Shown here: one piece after another, positions 1 to 9,806 of the stretch
How positions within the stretch are numbered: position 1 is the first letter of the stretch
How the letters are laid out: the number at the start of each line of letters is the position of its first letter
NCBI GenBank assembly: GCA_965203905.1
Contig: CBDBDQ010000005.1
Coordinates: 4,032,001-4,096,000 of the forward strand
DNA: 64,000 nt
Origin: Spirochaetia bacterium
GTDB lineage: Bacteria > Spirochaetota > Spirochaetia > SZUA-6 > Bin103
Reading direction: 5' to 3'
The notes under the pieces: generated by a model
Told to the model about the DNA's origin: nothing
What the model saw: the letters and a program-made list of their open reading frames with translations, nothing else
Database searches by the model: none
Position numbers and translations under genes: made by a program

Positions 1-2
1 GC

Positions 3-185
3 GGCGACGGGGCCACCGCGTTGCACCTGGCCGCGTTCGACGGCGACGCGGCAGTGGTCGAGAAACTGCTGGCGCGCGGCGCGGACCGCAGCCTGCGCGA
101 CAACGTGTTCGACGGCACGCCCGCCGGCTGGGCCCACGCCGGCGGCCACACCGAGCTTGGCAACCGGCTGGCCAAGCCCCTATGA
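3..185 (+). CDS. Ankyrin-repeat protein, C-terminal part (truncated by window edge)
   Basis: Frame 3 reads GDGATALHLAAFDGDAAVVEKLLARGADRSLRDNVFDGTPAGWAHAGGH...L*, matching the ankyrin consensus (TxLHxA...LL.GAD); TGA at 183-185. Confidence 0.85.
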   Translation, partial: GDGATALHLAAFDGDAAVVEKLLARGADRSLRDNVFDGTPAGWAHAGGHTELGNRLAKPL

Positions 186-479
186 ATCGTCGCTCAGCCT
201 TGAGGGCATGTCCATACGATCATGGAGGATCCGTACCACCACGATGGCGTTGGGTTCGAGGCGATAGAAGATCCGGTGGCGCCCACTGCTTACGGCGCGA
301 TACTCGGTGGCGGCGAAATCGTACACGCGACCGCTGCGCGGATGCCGAACCACGCGTTCGACGGCTGCGCGCAGTTGTGACAGGTAGTGCTCGGCCTGTG
401 CCAGGCCCCACATCTCCCGGGTGGCATCGTGGATCTGGTCCAGGTCAGCGAGCGCCGCCGGCCGGTAGAGGACTTGCAC
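180..479 (-). CDS. parE: Type II toxin, RelE/ParE family
   Basis: From GTG 479: VQVLYRPAALADLDQIHDATREMWGLAQAEHYL...GRHRIFYR...VVRILHDRMD, typical ParE1 motifs; directly downstream of the antitoxin. Confidence 0.88.
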   Translation of the reverse strand: MQVLYRPAALADLDQIHDATREMWGLAQAEHYLSQLRAAVERVVRHPRSGRVYDFAATEYRAVSSGRHRIFYRLEPNAIVVVRILHDRMDMPSRLSDDS

Positions 480-480
480 C

Positions 481-723
481 TCACCGCGGCCCGGCCCGCT
501 TGCGTGCCAGAAACTCATCCCAATCCAGCGGTATCGCCGGGCCACTCGCTTCGCCCTCCAGCAGTGCGGCCCGCAACGCCCGCTTCCCGGTTTCGGCATC
601 CTCCAGCAGTCGAAGGCCGGCACGCACCACTTCACTTGCGTTGCTGAATCTGCCGTCTTTGATCTGCTCTTCGACGAAACGGCTGAAGTGCTCCCCCAGG
701 GTCACGCTCGTGTTTCTCGCCAT
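481..723 (-). CDS. parD: Type II antitoxin, ParD family (RHH)
   Basis: MARNTSVTLGEHFSRFVEEQIKDGRFSNASEVVRAGLRLLE...LRAALLEGEASG, ParD1-type signature; GGGAG RBS upstream. Confidence 0.92.
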   Translation of the reverse strand: MARNTSVTLGEHFSRFVEEQIKDGRFSNASEVVRAGLRLLEDAETGKRALRAALLEGEASGPAIPLDWDEFLARKRAGPR

Positions 724-744
724 GCGGATCTCCCATCGTGAGGT

Positions 745-773
745 TGTGCTAATACTATATAATACATACTGAC
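745..773. promoter_or_regulatory. AT-rich divergent promoter region between parD and the GH127 gene
   Basis: TATAAT at 758-763 on + strand, 10 nt before ATG 774; AT-rich island in otherwise GC-rich DNA. Confidence 0.55.
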
Positions 774-2639
774 ATGGACTATCCCATCACGCCGGTCGCG
801 TTCACGGCGGTGACCTTTGACGACGGCTTCTGGCTGCCGCGGCTCACGACCAACCGCGAGGTCACCATCCCCTACGACTTTCGCAAGTGCGAGGAGACCG
901 GCCGCATCGACAACTTCGCCAAGGCGGCGGGCCTCATGGCGGGCCCCCACGAGGGAATCTTCTTCAACGACTCCGACGTGTTCAAAGTGGTCGAGGGAGC
1001 AGCCGGCTCACTGAGCCTCCACCCCGACCCCGAGCTCGACGCCTACCTCGACGACCTCATCGCCAAGATCGCCGGCGCCCAGGAGGAGGACGGCTACCTC
1101 TACACCGCGCGCACCATCGACCCCGCCCGGATGGACCCCGGACGGGAGGGGCTCACGCGCTGGTCCAACCTGCTGGTCAGCCACGAGCTCTATAACGTCG
1201 GCCACCTGTACGAGGCCGCCGTCGCCCACCACCAGGCCACCGGCAAGCGCTCCCTGCTGGCGGTGGCGATCCGCAACGCGGAGCTGATCGCCGGTGTCTT
1301 CGGGCCCGGCAAGATCCGCGACGTTCCCGGTCACGAGGAGATCGAGATTGGCCTGGTGAAGCTCTACCGCGCGACCGGGGAGCGTCGCTACCTCGATCTC
1401 GCGAAGTTCTTTCTCGACCAGCGCGGCCAGCCCGACCGCGGCAACCTGCAGTCGAACTACGACAACCCCGGCTACAACCAGGACCATCTGCCCGTGACCG
1501 AGCAGCGCGAAGCGGTCGGCCACGCCGTGCGGGCGGGCTACCTGTACAGCGGCATGGCCGACGTCGCCGCGCTCACCGGCGACCGTGCCTACATCGCCGC
1601 GCTCGACGCGCTCTGGACCAGCGTCGTGGCCAGACGCATGTACCTCACCGGCGGCATCGGGTCCCGCCACCACGGCGAAACCTTCGGCGAGGACTACGAG
1701 CTGCCCAACGCCGAAGCTTACGCCGAGACCTGCGCCGCGCTCGCCAACGTCCTGTGGAACCACCGGATGTTCCTGCTGCACGGCGACGGAAAGTACCTCG
1801 ACGTGCTGGAGCGCACCCTCTACAACGGGTTCCTCTCCGGAATCTCGCTATCGGGCGACGCCTTCTTCTACGCCAACCCGCTCGCCTCGGACGGCGAGTG
1901 GCCGTTCAACGTCCGCACCGGCGCCGTGCGCTACCCCTGGTTCGAGTGCTCGTGCTGCCCTACCAACGTGGTGCGGTTGCTGCCGTCGCTGCCGGGCTAC
2001 GCCTACGCCCACCGGGACGGCGACCTGTTCGTCAACCTCTACGTCGCCGGCACCGCCACCGTTCCCGCGGCCGCGGGCGACGTGACCCTCACCCTGGAGA
2101 CCGGCTACCCCTGGTCCGGCGCCGTCAAGCTCACCGTCGACCCGTCGCGGGAGTCCGCGTTCGCACTGCGCCTCCGTATTCCCGGCTGGACCCGCGGCGA
2201 GCCCGTCCCCAGCGACCTCTACCGCTACCTGGACGCTGCCTCCGAGGCGCCCTCCCTGCGGGTGAACGGCATGCCCGCCGACCTGGAACTGGAGCGGGGT
2301 TTCGCGGTCATCCGGCGTCGCTGGCGCCCGGGCGATGCGGTCGAACTGCACCTGCCGATGCCCGTCCGGCGGGTCGTGAGCCACGCGGGCATCGCGGGCA
2401 ATCGCGGCCGCGTCGCGGTCGAGCGCGGGCCGCTGGTCTACTGCGCCGAGGGGGTCGACAACGGCGGCAATGCCCTGGAGCTAACCCTGCCGGACGGCGC
2501 CGCGCTCGCGGCCGGGCACGACCCCGCCCTGCTGGGCGGGGTGACGACGATCCGCGGGGACGGGATCACTCTGATTCCGTACTACGCCTGGTCGCACCGC
2601 GGCGCCGGCGAGATGAACGTCTGGCTCAAGCACAGGTAA
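774..2639 (+). CDS. Glycoside hydrolase family 127 (beta-L-arabinofuranosidase-like, DUF1680)
   Basis: Motifs FNDSDVFK, HELYNVGHLYEAAVAH, GHEEIE, GHAVRA, YAETCA, WFECSCCPTN, IPYYAW. Confidence 0.93.
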   Translation: MDYPITPVAFTAVTFDDGFWLPRLTTNREVTIPYDFRKCEETGRIDNFAKAAGLMAGPHEGIFFNDSDVFKVVEGAAGSLSLHPDPELDAYLDDLIAKIAGAQEEDGYLYTARTIDPARMDPGREGLTRWSNLLVSHELYNVGHLYEAAVAHHQATGKRSLLAVAIRNAELIAGVFGPGKIRDVPGHEEIEIGLVKLYRATGERRYLDLAKFFLDQRGQPDRGNLQSNYDNPGYNQDHLPVTEQREAVGHAVRAGYLYSGMADVAALTGDRAYIAALDALWTSVVARRMYLTGGIGSRHHGETFGEDYELPNAEAYAETCAALANVLWNHRMFLLHGDGKYLDVLERTLYNGFLSGISLSGDAFFYANPLASDGEWPFNVRTGAVRYPWFECSCCPTNVVRLLPSLPGYAYAHRDGDLFVNLYVAGTATVPAAAGDVTLTLETGYPWSGAVKLTVDPSRESAFALRLRIPGWTRGEPVPSDLYRYLDAASEAPSLRVNGMPADLELERGFAVIRRRWRPGDAVELHLPMPVRRVVSHAGIAGNRGRVAVERGPLVYCAEGVDNGGNALELTLPDGAALAAGHDPALLGGVTTIRGDGITLIPYYAWSHRGAGEMNVWLKHR

Positions 2640-2659
2640 CCGGTATCACGCGCACGTAA

Positions 2660-3499
2660 CTATTTGTCCAGGAGACGCTCGTACTCGATATCGGAGGAGC
2701 GCTTGACGCCATGCTGCGCGGCCCATTCCCGGAGCGCCCACGGGTCAAGTATCGTGCTGGGATTCTTGTGCGCGCCGATCAACTGCCGCGCGATCGGGTC
2801 GGTTACCTTTTGCAACAGCCAGTCCGGCTGCACGTCGTAGTCGAGCGGACTGATCCAACCGTAACTGTATCCCATCATCAGACACTTTCTGGGGACGTCA
2901 GTCCGATTGAGCCCTACCCTGTGGAAGGTACGGCTCTCGAAGAGAAACGCATCGCCGGCCTGCAACTCCAGTTCCACGGCGCCATCCGGATCGTTCCGAC
3001 CCTCGGGAATCTGGAGGCGGCGGGTAAGATTGTTGCTTCCCGGAAGCAGTATCGTGTTCCCGCTGAGTGCGCTCGTGTCGGTGAGCTGATAGGCAATCTT
3101 GATCAGCATGCGCGGATAGCGGTGGGGCCCGAGGTCGAACGGGCTCTCCATGAAATCCCGGTGCCAGTTGGTCGACGGGCTGGCGTCGGGAGGGTCCGGG
3201 TACTTGTAGATGAGGTGCGACTTGGCAAGGCGGATGTCGAAGCTCAGCAGTTGCACCACCAGCGGCACGGTAGTGTCCCACGTAAGCAGGGACAGAAAGA
3301 CGTCATCCTCAGGCAGCACGTTGTCCAGACTGATGCGCCGGGAGTCTTCGTCCCGGTGCTGGCGGGCGATCCTGTCACATGCCGCGGTAACCCGTTGCAC
3401 CATGTCGGCGGGCAACGCCTGACGTACGACCAGGTATCCGTTGCGGTCGAAGAACTCCCGCTGCTCGTCTTCAAGCCGAGTGAATTTCATTCGTTCCAT
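2660..3499 (-). CDS. Phytanoyl-CoA dioxygenase (PhyH) family Fe(II)/2OG oxygenase
   Basis: FFDRNGYLVVRQAL; WHRD (HxD); LPGS; distal His in TFHRVG; start may be ATG 3490. Confidence 0.87.
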   Translation of the reverse strand: MERMKFTRLEDEQREFFDRNGYLVVRQALPADMVQRVTAACDRIARQHRDEDSRRISLDNVLPEDDVFLSLLTWDTTVPLVVQLLSFDIRLAKSHLIYKYPDPPDASPSTNWHRDFMESPFDLGPHRYPRMLIKIAYQLTDTSALSGNTILLPGSNNLTRRLQIPEGRNDPDGAVELELQAGDAFLFESRTFHRVGLNRTDVPRKCLMMGYSYGWISPLDYDVQPDWLLQKVTDPIARQLIGAHKNPSTILDPWALREWAAQHGVKRSSDIEYERLLDK

Positions 3500-3600
3500 T
3501 TGTGCCTCCGAAGGCGTTCGAAGTCAAGCCAGAGCGCACTGAGCACGGCACGGGCCGCAGGTGACAGACGGCCGGTGCAGCCGCTACCCTGTGCAAGCAA

Positions 3601-4674
3601 ATGAAAGCGGCGCTGACGTTCGGACCCGGCGACATACGGGTGGAATCGATGACCGATCCCGTGCCCGATTCCGGAGAGGTCCTCGTCGAGGTGGGCGGCT
3701 GTGGGATCTGTGGCGGCGATTACAGCGGCCACAAGCCGGGCGCGAACCGGTCGGCGAGAGGCCGGGAGCCGACGATCGCGGGACATGAAGTCGCGGGCAC
3801 CGTGGTGGCACGCGGCGCCGGCGTTCAAGGCTTGCCGCTCGGCAGCCGGGTTGCGGTGAGCCCGAATCGTCCCTGCGGACGCTGTCCTCCCTGCCACCGG
3901 GGAATGTCCCACCTGTGTGAGGACCGGATCCCGCACCCACGCCACAAGGGAGGGGGATTCGCCGAACTTACCGCCGTCTTTCCTGAGCAGTGTTACCCGA
4001 TCGACGATGGGACCAGCATGATCGAAGCCGCTGTCACCGAACCGCTCGCCTGCTGCCTGCATTCGACGAGTCGCATCGATGTCCGCCAGGGAGACTGCGT
4101 GGCGATCCTCGGCGGCGGCTTGAACGCACAGTTGTTCCTGCAGTTGACCCGCCTGAAGGGAGCCCGAAGGGTGGTGCTGGTCGACAGCATCGAAGACAGA
4201 TTGCAGGTGGCGTCGCGCCTGGGTGCGGACGAAGTCATCGACTGTTCTGCCATATCGTTCGAGGAAATCGAGTGCCGGTTCGCGCGCGGGGCGGACGTCG
4301 TGATCAACACCCGGGGATCGATGGAATTCACCGAGTTGGCATTCAGACTCTGTGCCATCGGGGCACGTCTCTTGTGCTACGGCGTCGCCCGCGCCGGAGA
4401 TACGGTAGCGGTCGAACCGCACATCATCTGGCGCAAGGAGATTCAGTTGATCGGCGGGCGTTCCTTCAACAATACCTTCGGCGCCGCGGCGGACCTCATC
4501 GACTCGGGGCGGATTCAGGTCGCTCCCTTGGTCACGCGCACCGTGAACCTGGAGCGCTACGCGGAGGTTGTAACCGCTCCGTCCGGCAATCACATCAAGA
4601 CGGTCGTGGTTCCCGATCAGGTGGAGGCGGAGAGTTGCGTCGATTCGGAGGCGGCCAAGCTCCGCCCAGCGTAG
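3601..4674 (+). CDS. Zinc-dependent medium-chain alcohol/sugar dehydrogenase
   Basis: GICGGD, GHE, structural Zn motif CGRCPPC...C, EPLACC, Rossmann-like ILGGG. Confidence 0.9.
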   Translation: MKAALTFGPGDIRVESMTDPVPDSGEVLVEVGGCGICGGDYSGHKPGANRSARGREPTIAGHEVAGTVVARGAGVQGLPLGSRVAVSPNRPCGRCPPCHRGMSHLCEDRIPHPRHKGGGFAELTAVFPEQCYPIDDGTSMIEAAVTEPLACCLHSTSRIDVRQGDCVAILGGGLNAQLFLQLTRLKGARRVVLVDSIEDRLQVASRLGADEVIDCSAISFEEIECRFARGADVVINTRGSMEFTELAFRLCAIGARLLCYGVARAGDTVAVEPHIIWRKEIQLIGGRSFNNTFGAAADLIDSGRIQVAPLVTRTVNLERYAEVVTAPSGNHIKTVVVPDQVEAESCVDSEAAKLRPA

Positions 4675-4699
4675 CGATCCGGCAGCGGGCTACCGGGGC

Positions 4700-5512
4700 T
4701 CATCCTCGCGGCGCGGCGTGCGGCCTCACCCAGTGGCGGTAGAGAGGCTTGACGTCCTCGGGAAGCGCTGCGTAGATCTCCGGCGGCACGGCGGCAACCT
4801 CGTTTTCCGCCAGCCCCGTCGCCTCCAGCATCCGCGCCCGCTCCGGTGACCCGGGCATCAGGATGTCGAGGTTCAACCACCAGGGCGCGTAGCGAACCAC
4901 CAGGCCCACCCGCGCCTCGGTGCTGGTGTTGGGGGTGACGGCGTGCCACAGCCGGCTGTCGCACAGCAGCACGCTGCCGGGTTCTCCGGTAGCGCGGATC
5001 TCTCCGGGATGGGGCCGCCACGGATCGACACCATTGTCGCCGGAAGGATTGTTCGCGGAGCGGTGGCTGCCCGGCACGATGGCGGTGGCTCCGGTCTCGA
5101 TGGAGAACCGAGACAGCATCCAGATCGTGGTCAGGTGGATGACGGCGTCGGGGTAGGGCGCCGGAATGTGGCCGGCGTTGCCCTGGTTGAAGGGCCAGTC
5201 GGCGTGCAGGTTGCCGCGGGTGCAGCCGGGATAGTTGATCTGGCCACTGGTGAATGAGATGCGCACGTGGGGGCCGAACAGCGCCTCGGCTACGCCAAGC
5301 ACCCGGCGGTCGGCGAGATGGCACGCGAAAGATTGCTCGTAGGCGATCAGGCCCTTGCGGTTGCCCACCCGACTCGCCTCGTCGATGGTGCCGTGATGCC
5401 GCACCGCCAACTCGACACGCCGCCGAATGTGGTCCACCTCGTCACCGGGGATGACGCCCTCCAGCACGCAGTAGCCCTGCAGCCGCAGCCGCTCCAGCGC
5501 CGGTTCAGTCAT
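4700..5512 (-). CDS. PhyH family dioxygenase
   Basis: From ATG 5512: LRLQGYCVLEGVI; LHADW; GATAIVPGSH; LWHAVTPN. Confidence 0.88.
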   Translation of the reverse strand: MTEPALERLRLQGYCVLEGVIPGDEVDHIRRRVELAVRHHGTIDEASRVGNRKGLIAYEQSFACHLADRRVLGVAEALFGPHVRISFTSGQINYPGCTRGNLHADWPFNQGNAGHIPAPYPDAVIHLTTIWMLSRFSIETGATAIVPGSHRSANNPSGDNGVDPWRPHPGEIRATGEPGSVLLCDSRLWHAVTPNTSTEARVGLVVRYAPWWLNLDILMPGSPERARMLEATGLAENEVAAVPPEIYAALPEDVKPLYRHWVRPHAAPRG

Positions 5513-5528
5513 GGTTCGTGCCTTCCGC

Positions 5529-6665
5529 TCAGCGCTCGAAGCGCGGCTGGCGCGGGACAGAGTGGCGCTCCAGGCGCAGGTCGCTGCCATCTAGCGGCAG
5601 CCGCACGCGGGCGCCGCCGCGGCGGTGCGACTCGATGCAGGCGAAGATCAGCTCCGTGTTGGCGCGTGCGATGCGGACCCCGCCGCGTGGCGGCTGACCG
5701 GTATCCAGCGCGTGCACCAGGTCCATGATCAGGTTGACGGTAGAACTGCTGCGGGTGAACGGAGGGAAGCTGCCGTGGCGCAGAGTGGGGTGTCCGCGAT
5801 GGTTCACTCCGCCCGGCTCGCGCAGCAGAAATTCGTTGTCCGTCCCCACGGAGCTGATCACCGCCTGCTCGCACACCACCTCGACCTCGAACCGACGGCC
5901 GCTGTCGCAGGCGAACGCGACCACGCCGTTGGCGAACTGCAGGCGCCCGCCGCCGCTCGGATCGCTGTCGAGCAGACCACCGGCAAGCTCGTCGCCGCCC
6001 TGCGCCAGGTGGAACTGCACCCACTCCACCGGCTGGTCGTTGTTGAGCCACAGCAACAGGTCGAAACCATGGCTGCCCATGTTGAACAGGCCGTGCTCCT
6101 GGTGAACCGTCATCGACCGCAGGGTGCCGTACCGGCCGCCGTGGATCAGTTCCTTCATGGCGTCGTAGGGGGTGTCCCAGCGCCGGTTGGTGCCCATGTT
6201 GAAGGCCACGGCGTGGCGCTCCACCGCCGCCACCATGGCGTCCGCCTGCGCGAGTGAAGCGGCCATCGCCTTCTCCGCGTAGATCGCGCGCGCACCATGC
6301 TCGGCGGCATAGATCACGATCTCGGCGCGCTGCTCCGGCTGCGTGGCCACGCTCACGATCTCCGGCCGCTCGCGCGCCAGCATCTCGCGGTAGTCGCGGT
6401 AGCGGTGCGCCGGCGCTACGCGGTAACGCTCGCCGGCGTGCTCCATCACCTCGGCGCGTGGGTCGGACAGTGCCACCAGCTCGGTGCGCGGGCACGCCAG
6501 GTAACCGGCGGCGTGGGAGTAGGCGTGCGGCGAGGCGACCTCGTTGTCGATGAAAGCGCCCATGCGCCCGCAGCCGATCAGGGCGGCCCGATAGCGGCGT
6601 GGCGCTTGCGCACCTGGCGTGTCCGAACCGGCGCGGGCACCGGTCCGGTAACGGTAACTGGTCAT
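5529..6665 (-). CDS. Gfo/Idh/MocA family oxidoreductase
   Basis: ALIGCGRMG Rossmann motif, IYAEKAMA, MGSHGFD. Confidence 0.9.
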   Translation of the reverse strand: MTSYRYRTGARAGSDTPGAQAPRRYRAALIGCGRMGAFIDNEVASPHAYSHAAGYLACPRTELVALSDPRAEVMEHAGERYRVAPAHRYRDYREMLARERPEIVSVATQPEQRAEIVIYAAEHGARAIYAEKAMAASLAQADAMVAAVERHAVAFNMGTNRRWDTPYDAMKELIHGGRYGTLRSMTVHQEHGLFNMGSHGFDLLLWLNNDQPVEWVQFHLAQGGDELAGGLLDSDPSGGGRLQFANGVVAFACDSGRRFEVEVVCEQAVISSVGTDNEFLLREPGGVNHRGHPTLRHGSFPPFTRSSSTVNLIMDLVHALDTGQPPRGGVRIARANTELIFACIESHRRGGARVRLPLDGSDLRLERHSVPRQPRFER

Positions 6666-6733
6666 TGTGACTCTCCCCCTGACCGTAACGCGTTGTTGAC
6701 GATGACGCCACTGCCACGGCGTAATTCGGTGAC

Positions 6734-7813
6734 GTGAAAAGATACCGCGTGGGCATCGTGGGGCTGGGGCGGATGGGCAGCACCATCGACGACGAGGGGC
6801 ACACCGACCAGCCGTACTCCATCGCCGCGTCTTGTTCGGCCAGCGTGCGTCTCGAGCTCGTGGCCGGTGCCGACCCGCTGGAGGAACGAAGAGAAGCGTT
6901 CGGGGAGCGCTGGGGGGTGCCCGCGCTGTACGCCGACTACCGGCGGATGGTGGCCCGGGAGACGCCCGACCTGGTGGCCGTCTGCACTACCGCTTCCGGG
7001 CTGCCGAAGCCGGCGTCAGAGGCGCCGGACGCGGAGTTTCGTCGCGATTCGCACGCCGAGTTGACGGTGGCGCTGGCGGCGGCGGGCATCCCGATGCTGT
7101 ACGTGGAGAAGGCGATGGCCAGCTCGGCGCGGATGGCGGACGCCGCGCGCGCCGCCTGCGAGCGCCACGGCACGATGTTCAACACCGGCGTGCTGCGCCG
7201 CTTCGACAACCGTTATCGTGCGGTACGGGAAGCGATAGCCGCCGGCGCGATCGGGTCGCCGCTTGCCGCGATCCACTTTGCCGCCACCAACCTGATGCAC
7301 GGCCACGTACATTCCATCGATACCCTCTCCTACCTGCTCGGCGACCCGCCCATCGAGGCGGTGCGCGGCGAATTGATCCCGCGCGAGATGCGGATCGCCG
7401 GCGACCACCTGCCGCGCGACCCCGACGCCACCTTCCGGCTCCGTTTCGCCGGCGGTGTGGAGGCGTGGTCAGTGCCGGCAGGAGGTTGGGAGTTCGAGGT
7501 CCTCGGCACCGAGGGCAGCATCCGCTCCCTCAACAACGGGGCCGGAGTGACCCTGCGCCGGACCGCCGGCGCCCGGCGGCGCCCGGCGTGGAGCGAGAAG
7601 CCGTTCGCGTTGCCGGAGCCGGTCAGCCCGGTGGTCGCCTGCCTGGAGGATCTGGTCGCGGCCCATGAGTCGGGCCGGCCCACGCTCAGTCCCGTGGACC
7701 GGAGTGCCCACGTCGTCGAGGCCTGCCTCGCCGTGGCCGAGAGCCACCGCCGCGGCGGCGCCTGGGTGGAACTGCCGCTGGCGCAACGCGACCTCTACAT
7801 CTTCCACGTGTGA
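6734..7813 (+). CDS. Gfo/Idh/MocA family oxidoreductase
   Basis: VGIVGLGRMG, LYVEKAMA, HGHVHSID, FEVLGTEGSI. Confidence 0.9.
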   Translation: MKRYRVGIVGLGRMGSTIDDEGHTDQPYSIAASCSASVRLELVAGADPLEERREAFGERWGVPALYADYRRMVARETPDLVAVCTTASGLPKPASEAPDAEFRRDSHAELTVALAAAGIPMLYVEKAMASSARMADAARAACERHGTMFNTGVLRRFDNRYRAVREAIAAGAIGSPLAAIHFAATNLMHGHVHSIDTLSYLLGDPPIEAVRGELIPREMRIAGDHLPRDPDATFRLRFAGGVEAWSVPAGGWEFEVLGTEGSIRSLNNGAGVTLRRTAGARRRPAWSEKPFALPEPVSPVVACLEDLVAAHESGRPTLSPVDRSAHVVEACLAVAESHRRGGAWVELPLAQRDLYIFHV

Positions 7814-7882
7814 GCGGGCACGCACGCTCCGCGCCACGGGAGTCCATGCCAAACGACGCCCGCGACGGTCCGCTCGCCAGCG

Positions 7883-8875
7883 CTACGGAGTGCTGCTTGC
7901 CGCCGCGCTCGGGTTCAGTTCGCCGATGAGTTGCTCGCGGGAGATCAGTTCCACCGCCGGCGTGTCGAAGCGGCCGTAGCCGTTCCACACCTTCAGGCCG
8001 ACCAGCTCCTTGAGGCGCAGCGGCGCCGCGGCCAGCACTTCCGGCAGCAGGCCGAGGGTGTAGTTCTCCTGCGGTCGGAACTGGGGGCCGCAGTAGGTGT
8101 TGAGCAGGCCCATTCGCGGCTCGTCGGTGCGGTTGGTGCCGGAGCCGTGCCACAGCCGGCCTTCGAAGAACATCGCGCTGCCGGCCGGGGCCTCGATCGC
8201 CACCAGGTCCTCGTCGCGGTACAGCTCCGGCTTCGGCTGGCGGCCGCTCAGGTGGCTGCCCGGCACGACCCGGGTGGCGCCATTGGCGGCGTGGAAGTCC
8301 ACCAGCAGCCACATGCTGTTGACGCAGGCCGGCGGCGCTATCATGGCGGCCGCGTCGCCGACCTCGCCCGCCTCTGCGCGGCTGATCGATCCCACCGGCA
8401 GCCCGAACTTCCCCTTGGGCACCGGCGGCGGCATCCACCAGGCGTCCGTGTGCAGCTCCATGGGAGCGGCGCCCTTGCCAATGATGTTGGCGGTGCTGCA
8501 GGAGAGCTGGTAGTGCTCGCCGAGCACGTGCCCGACCAGCTCCAGGGCCTCCTCCATGAGCACGAGGTCGTGGAAGATCCGGCCCTTGTTGAGCAGCATG
8601 AAGAGGCGCTGGCTCACGCCTCCGGCGGTGACGGAGAATCCCGTCTCGCGCACTTTGCCGGCGGCGTCCGTGAACGCGCCCCAGCGCTGGTCCGGAGCGC
8701 CGTCCATGTAGGCCACGCCGCGCTCACGCTCGGCGGCGCCCTGGGCGGCGAGCCGCTCCCGCGCCTCCCGCAGCGCAGCCGGCGTCAGCGCGTCCGCCAG
8801 CAGGCAGTAGCCGCAGCGCTCCAGGTCCGCCTTGCAGCGCTCCAGATCGGTGGTGAGTCGGGGCAGCTCGGTCAC
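7883..8875 (-). CDS. PhyH family dioxygenase
   Basis: From GTG 8875: DLERCGYCLL; LHTD; NGATRVVPGSH; LWHGSGTN; FRPQENY; TATACT 6 nt upstream of the start. Confidence 0.88.
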   Translation of the reverse strand: MTELPRLTTDLERCKADLERCGYCLLADALTPAALREARERLAAQGAAERERGVAYMDGAPDQRWGAFTDAAGKVRETGFSVTAGGVSQRLFMLLNKGRIFHDLVLMEEALELVGHVLGEHYQLSCSTANIIGKGAAPMELHTDAWWMPPPVPKGKFGLPVGSISRAEAGEVGDAAAMIAPPACVNSMWLLVDFHAANGATRVVPGSHLSGRQPKPELYRDEDLVAIEAPAGSAMFFEGRLWHGSGTNRTDEPRMGLLNTYCGPQFRPQENYTLGLLPEVLAAAPLRLKELVGLKVWNGYGRFDTPAVELISREQLIGELNPSAAASSTP

Positions 8876-9054
8876 GGCGGCAGTATAGCCCGGCGACCGA
8901 ACCGCGAGAACAGCTGCCGTCCCGACCGTCCTGACCGATACATCCATGAGCCCATCAACTGACAGCCGCACCGCAGCGACCGGGACCATCGCTGCCGTCC
9001 GGCCCACGTCGGGATACTCTCCATCCCGTACGCCGGCGCCCGTGCTGGCGCTGG

Positions 9055-9546
9055 TCAGAACTGGTAGACGAGCGGCGGGTCGGCGGCGGGCGCCGGGTAG
9101 AAGAGAAGCAGGACGGTGCCGGAGTGCTGGCCGTAGGCTGCCCGGTAGCGCTCCCTGATCGGCGCGAGATCGAAGCGGAGCTGCCGGGTTGGATAGGCTT
9201 CGCAGGGGTCCTCGTTGGCGTCATGGGTGAGCACCACAGGCAGTTGGACGGGGGAAGACTCGCGGAAGGATTCGGCCGCGGTCAGGACGAACACGTGGCT
9301 GCGACAGCCGCCGCTGTAGGAAACCGAGACGGTGAGGATGTGGCCGCTCACCGCGGCGCCATTCAGGGTGAACGGATCGGTGTGCCGATCGGCAGTGGGG
9401 CCGAAGAGTACCGGCACCAGGGGCTCGGGCCGGGTCGGAGGCACCTCGTCGCGACCGATCGAAACAGGAGCGGCGGCGGCGCGGCAACCGGCCGCGAGGC
9501 AGGCGGCCGCCACCAGCAGCGCGAGGTAAGAGAGAAGTCGCTTCAT
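9055..9546 (-). CDS. Lipoprotein, NigD-like C-terminal domain
   Basis: Signal peptide with lipobox (MKRLLSYLALLVAAACLAAGC); VSYSGGC..H.F and LTHDANEDPCEA...LRFDL resemble NigD-type beta-sandwich proteins. Confidence 0.65.
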   Translation of the reverse strand: MKRLLSYLALLVAAACLAAGCRAAAAPVSIGRDEVPPTRPEPLVPVLFGPTADRHTDPFTLNGAAVSGHILTVSVSYSGGCRSHVFVLTAAESFRESSPVQLPVVLTHDANEDPCEAYPTRQLRFDLAPIRERYRAAYGQHSGTVLLLFYPAPAADPPLVYQF

Positions 9547-9806
9547 GCTACGCACCCCACCGATTGTGTCTCCCGGCCCCCCGGCCGGCCGGCCCAGCCG
9601 GCTCCACCCCATTCGCCAGTAATGATACCATACGGCCTGACCTGCTTGGCGCGGTCCCTCGCCTACCGGATCGTAGCCAGGGCTGGCCGTACGCAGCCGG
9701 ATACCGTCCCACTCGGCGATGCCGCGGCGGTCGAAGGAGAGGCGCCGTCATCGCCCCGCGATGCCGGTGCGTACGCCCGGCGGTAGTCCCAGCGGCAGCG
9801 GGCAAT

